DNA of 64,000 nucleotides from an uncultured Synergistia bacterium (GTDB taxonomy: Bacteria; Vulcanimicrobiota; SpSt-956; JAKJGF01). Under the pieces are notes generated by a model. That model saw nothing but the letters and a program-made list of their open reading frames with translations, was not told where the DNA came from and searched no databases. Position numbers and translations under genes: made by a program. Where the stretch lies: positions 108 through 64,107 of the forward strand of contig CAYSLJ010000014.1 of the NCBI GenBank assembly GCA_964431735.1, in the 5' to 3' direction. How positions within the stretch are numbered: position 1 is the stretch's first letter; each line of letters opens with the position of its first letter. Below, one piece after another: positions 63,875-64,000 of this stretch.

Positions 63875-64000
63875 TTATTTAAAACTATTAATTACACTTA
63901 CGATTTTATCTATAACTTCAGTTTTTCCTTCCGGAAGTTTCACCTTTTCTGCTACAAATTTCTTTTTCTCCTCTCCGGAGAGTCCGAGATTTTCCGCCTC
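63875..64000 (-). CDS. 3' end of an unknown convergent CDS running off the window
   Basis: Open frame EAENLGLSGEEKKKFVAEKVKLPEGKTEVIDKIVSVINSFK-stop. Confidence 0.5.
   Translation of the reverse strand, partial: EAENLGLSGEEKKKFVAEKVKLPEGKTEVIDKIVSVINSFK

Overview
AT-rich bacterial chromosomal window with two parts. The right half (36.3-63.8 kb) is a continuous core cluster: rpoB-rpoC, str (rpsL rpsG fusA tuf), S10, spc (to secY adk map rpmJ), alpha (rpsM rpsK rpsD rpoA rplQ) and ecfA. The sequences are Terrabacteria/Firmicutes-like. rpmD and infA are absent from their usual places, EF-G and RpoA are divergent, and RpoB carries a CxxC..CxxC insert. The left half is accessory. Best candidate for an undescribed system: a co-oriented cluster at 187-10386 with two long KamA-family radical-SAM/PLP aminomutases carrying the glutamate-2,3-aminomutase-type Lys/Asn signature, a glutamine-synthetase homologue with a swapped substrate-binding Arg, a ClC channel and a hybrid sensor kinase. 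Two of its promoters are near-identical, and a response regulator plus two MscS channels are transcribed divergently. I infer a beta-glutamate/beta-glutamine compatible-solute module. Intergenic DNA holds at least five MITE families built around 7-nt repeat or hairpin cores; some are nested, and filled/empty site pairs show TA target duplication. Several ribosomal-protein genes have a stem-loop between the Shine-Dalgarno sequence and the start codon. No rRNA, tRNA or CRISPR array was seen. All calls come from motif reading only; no searches were run.
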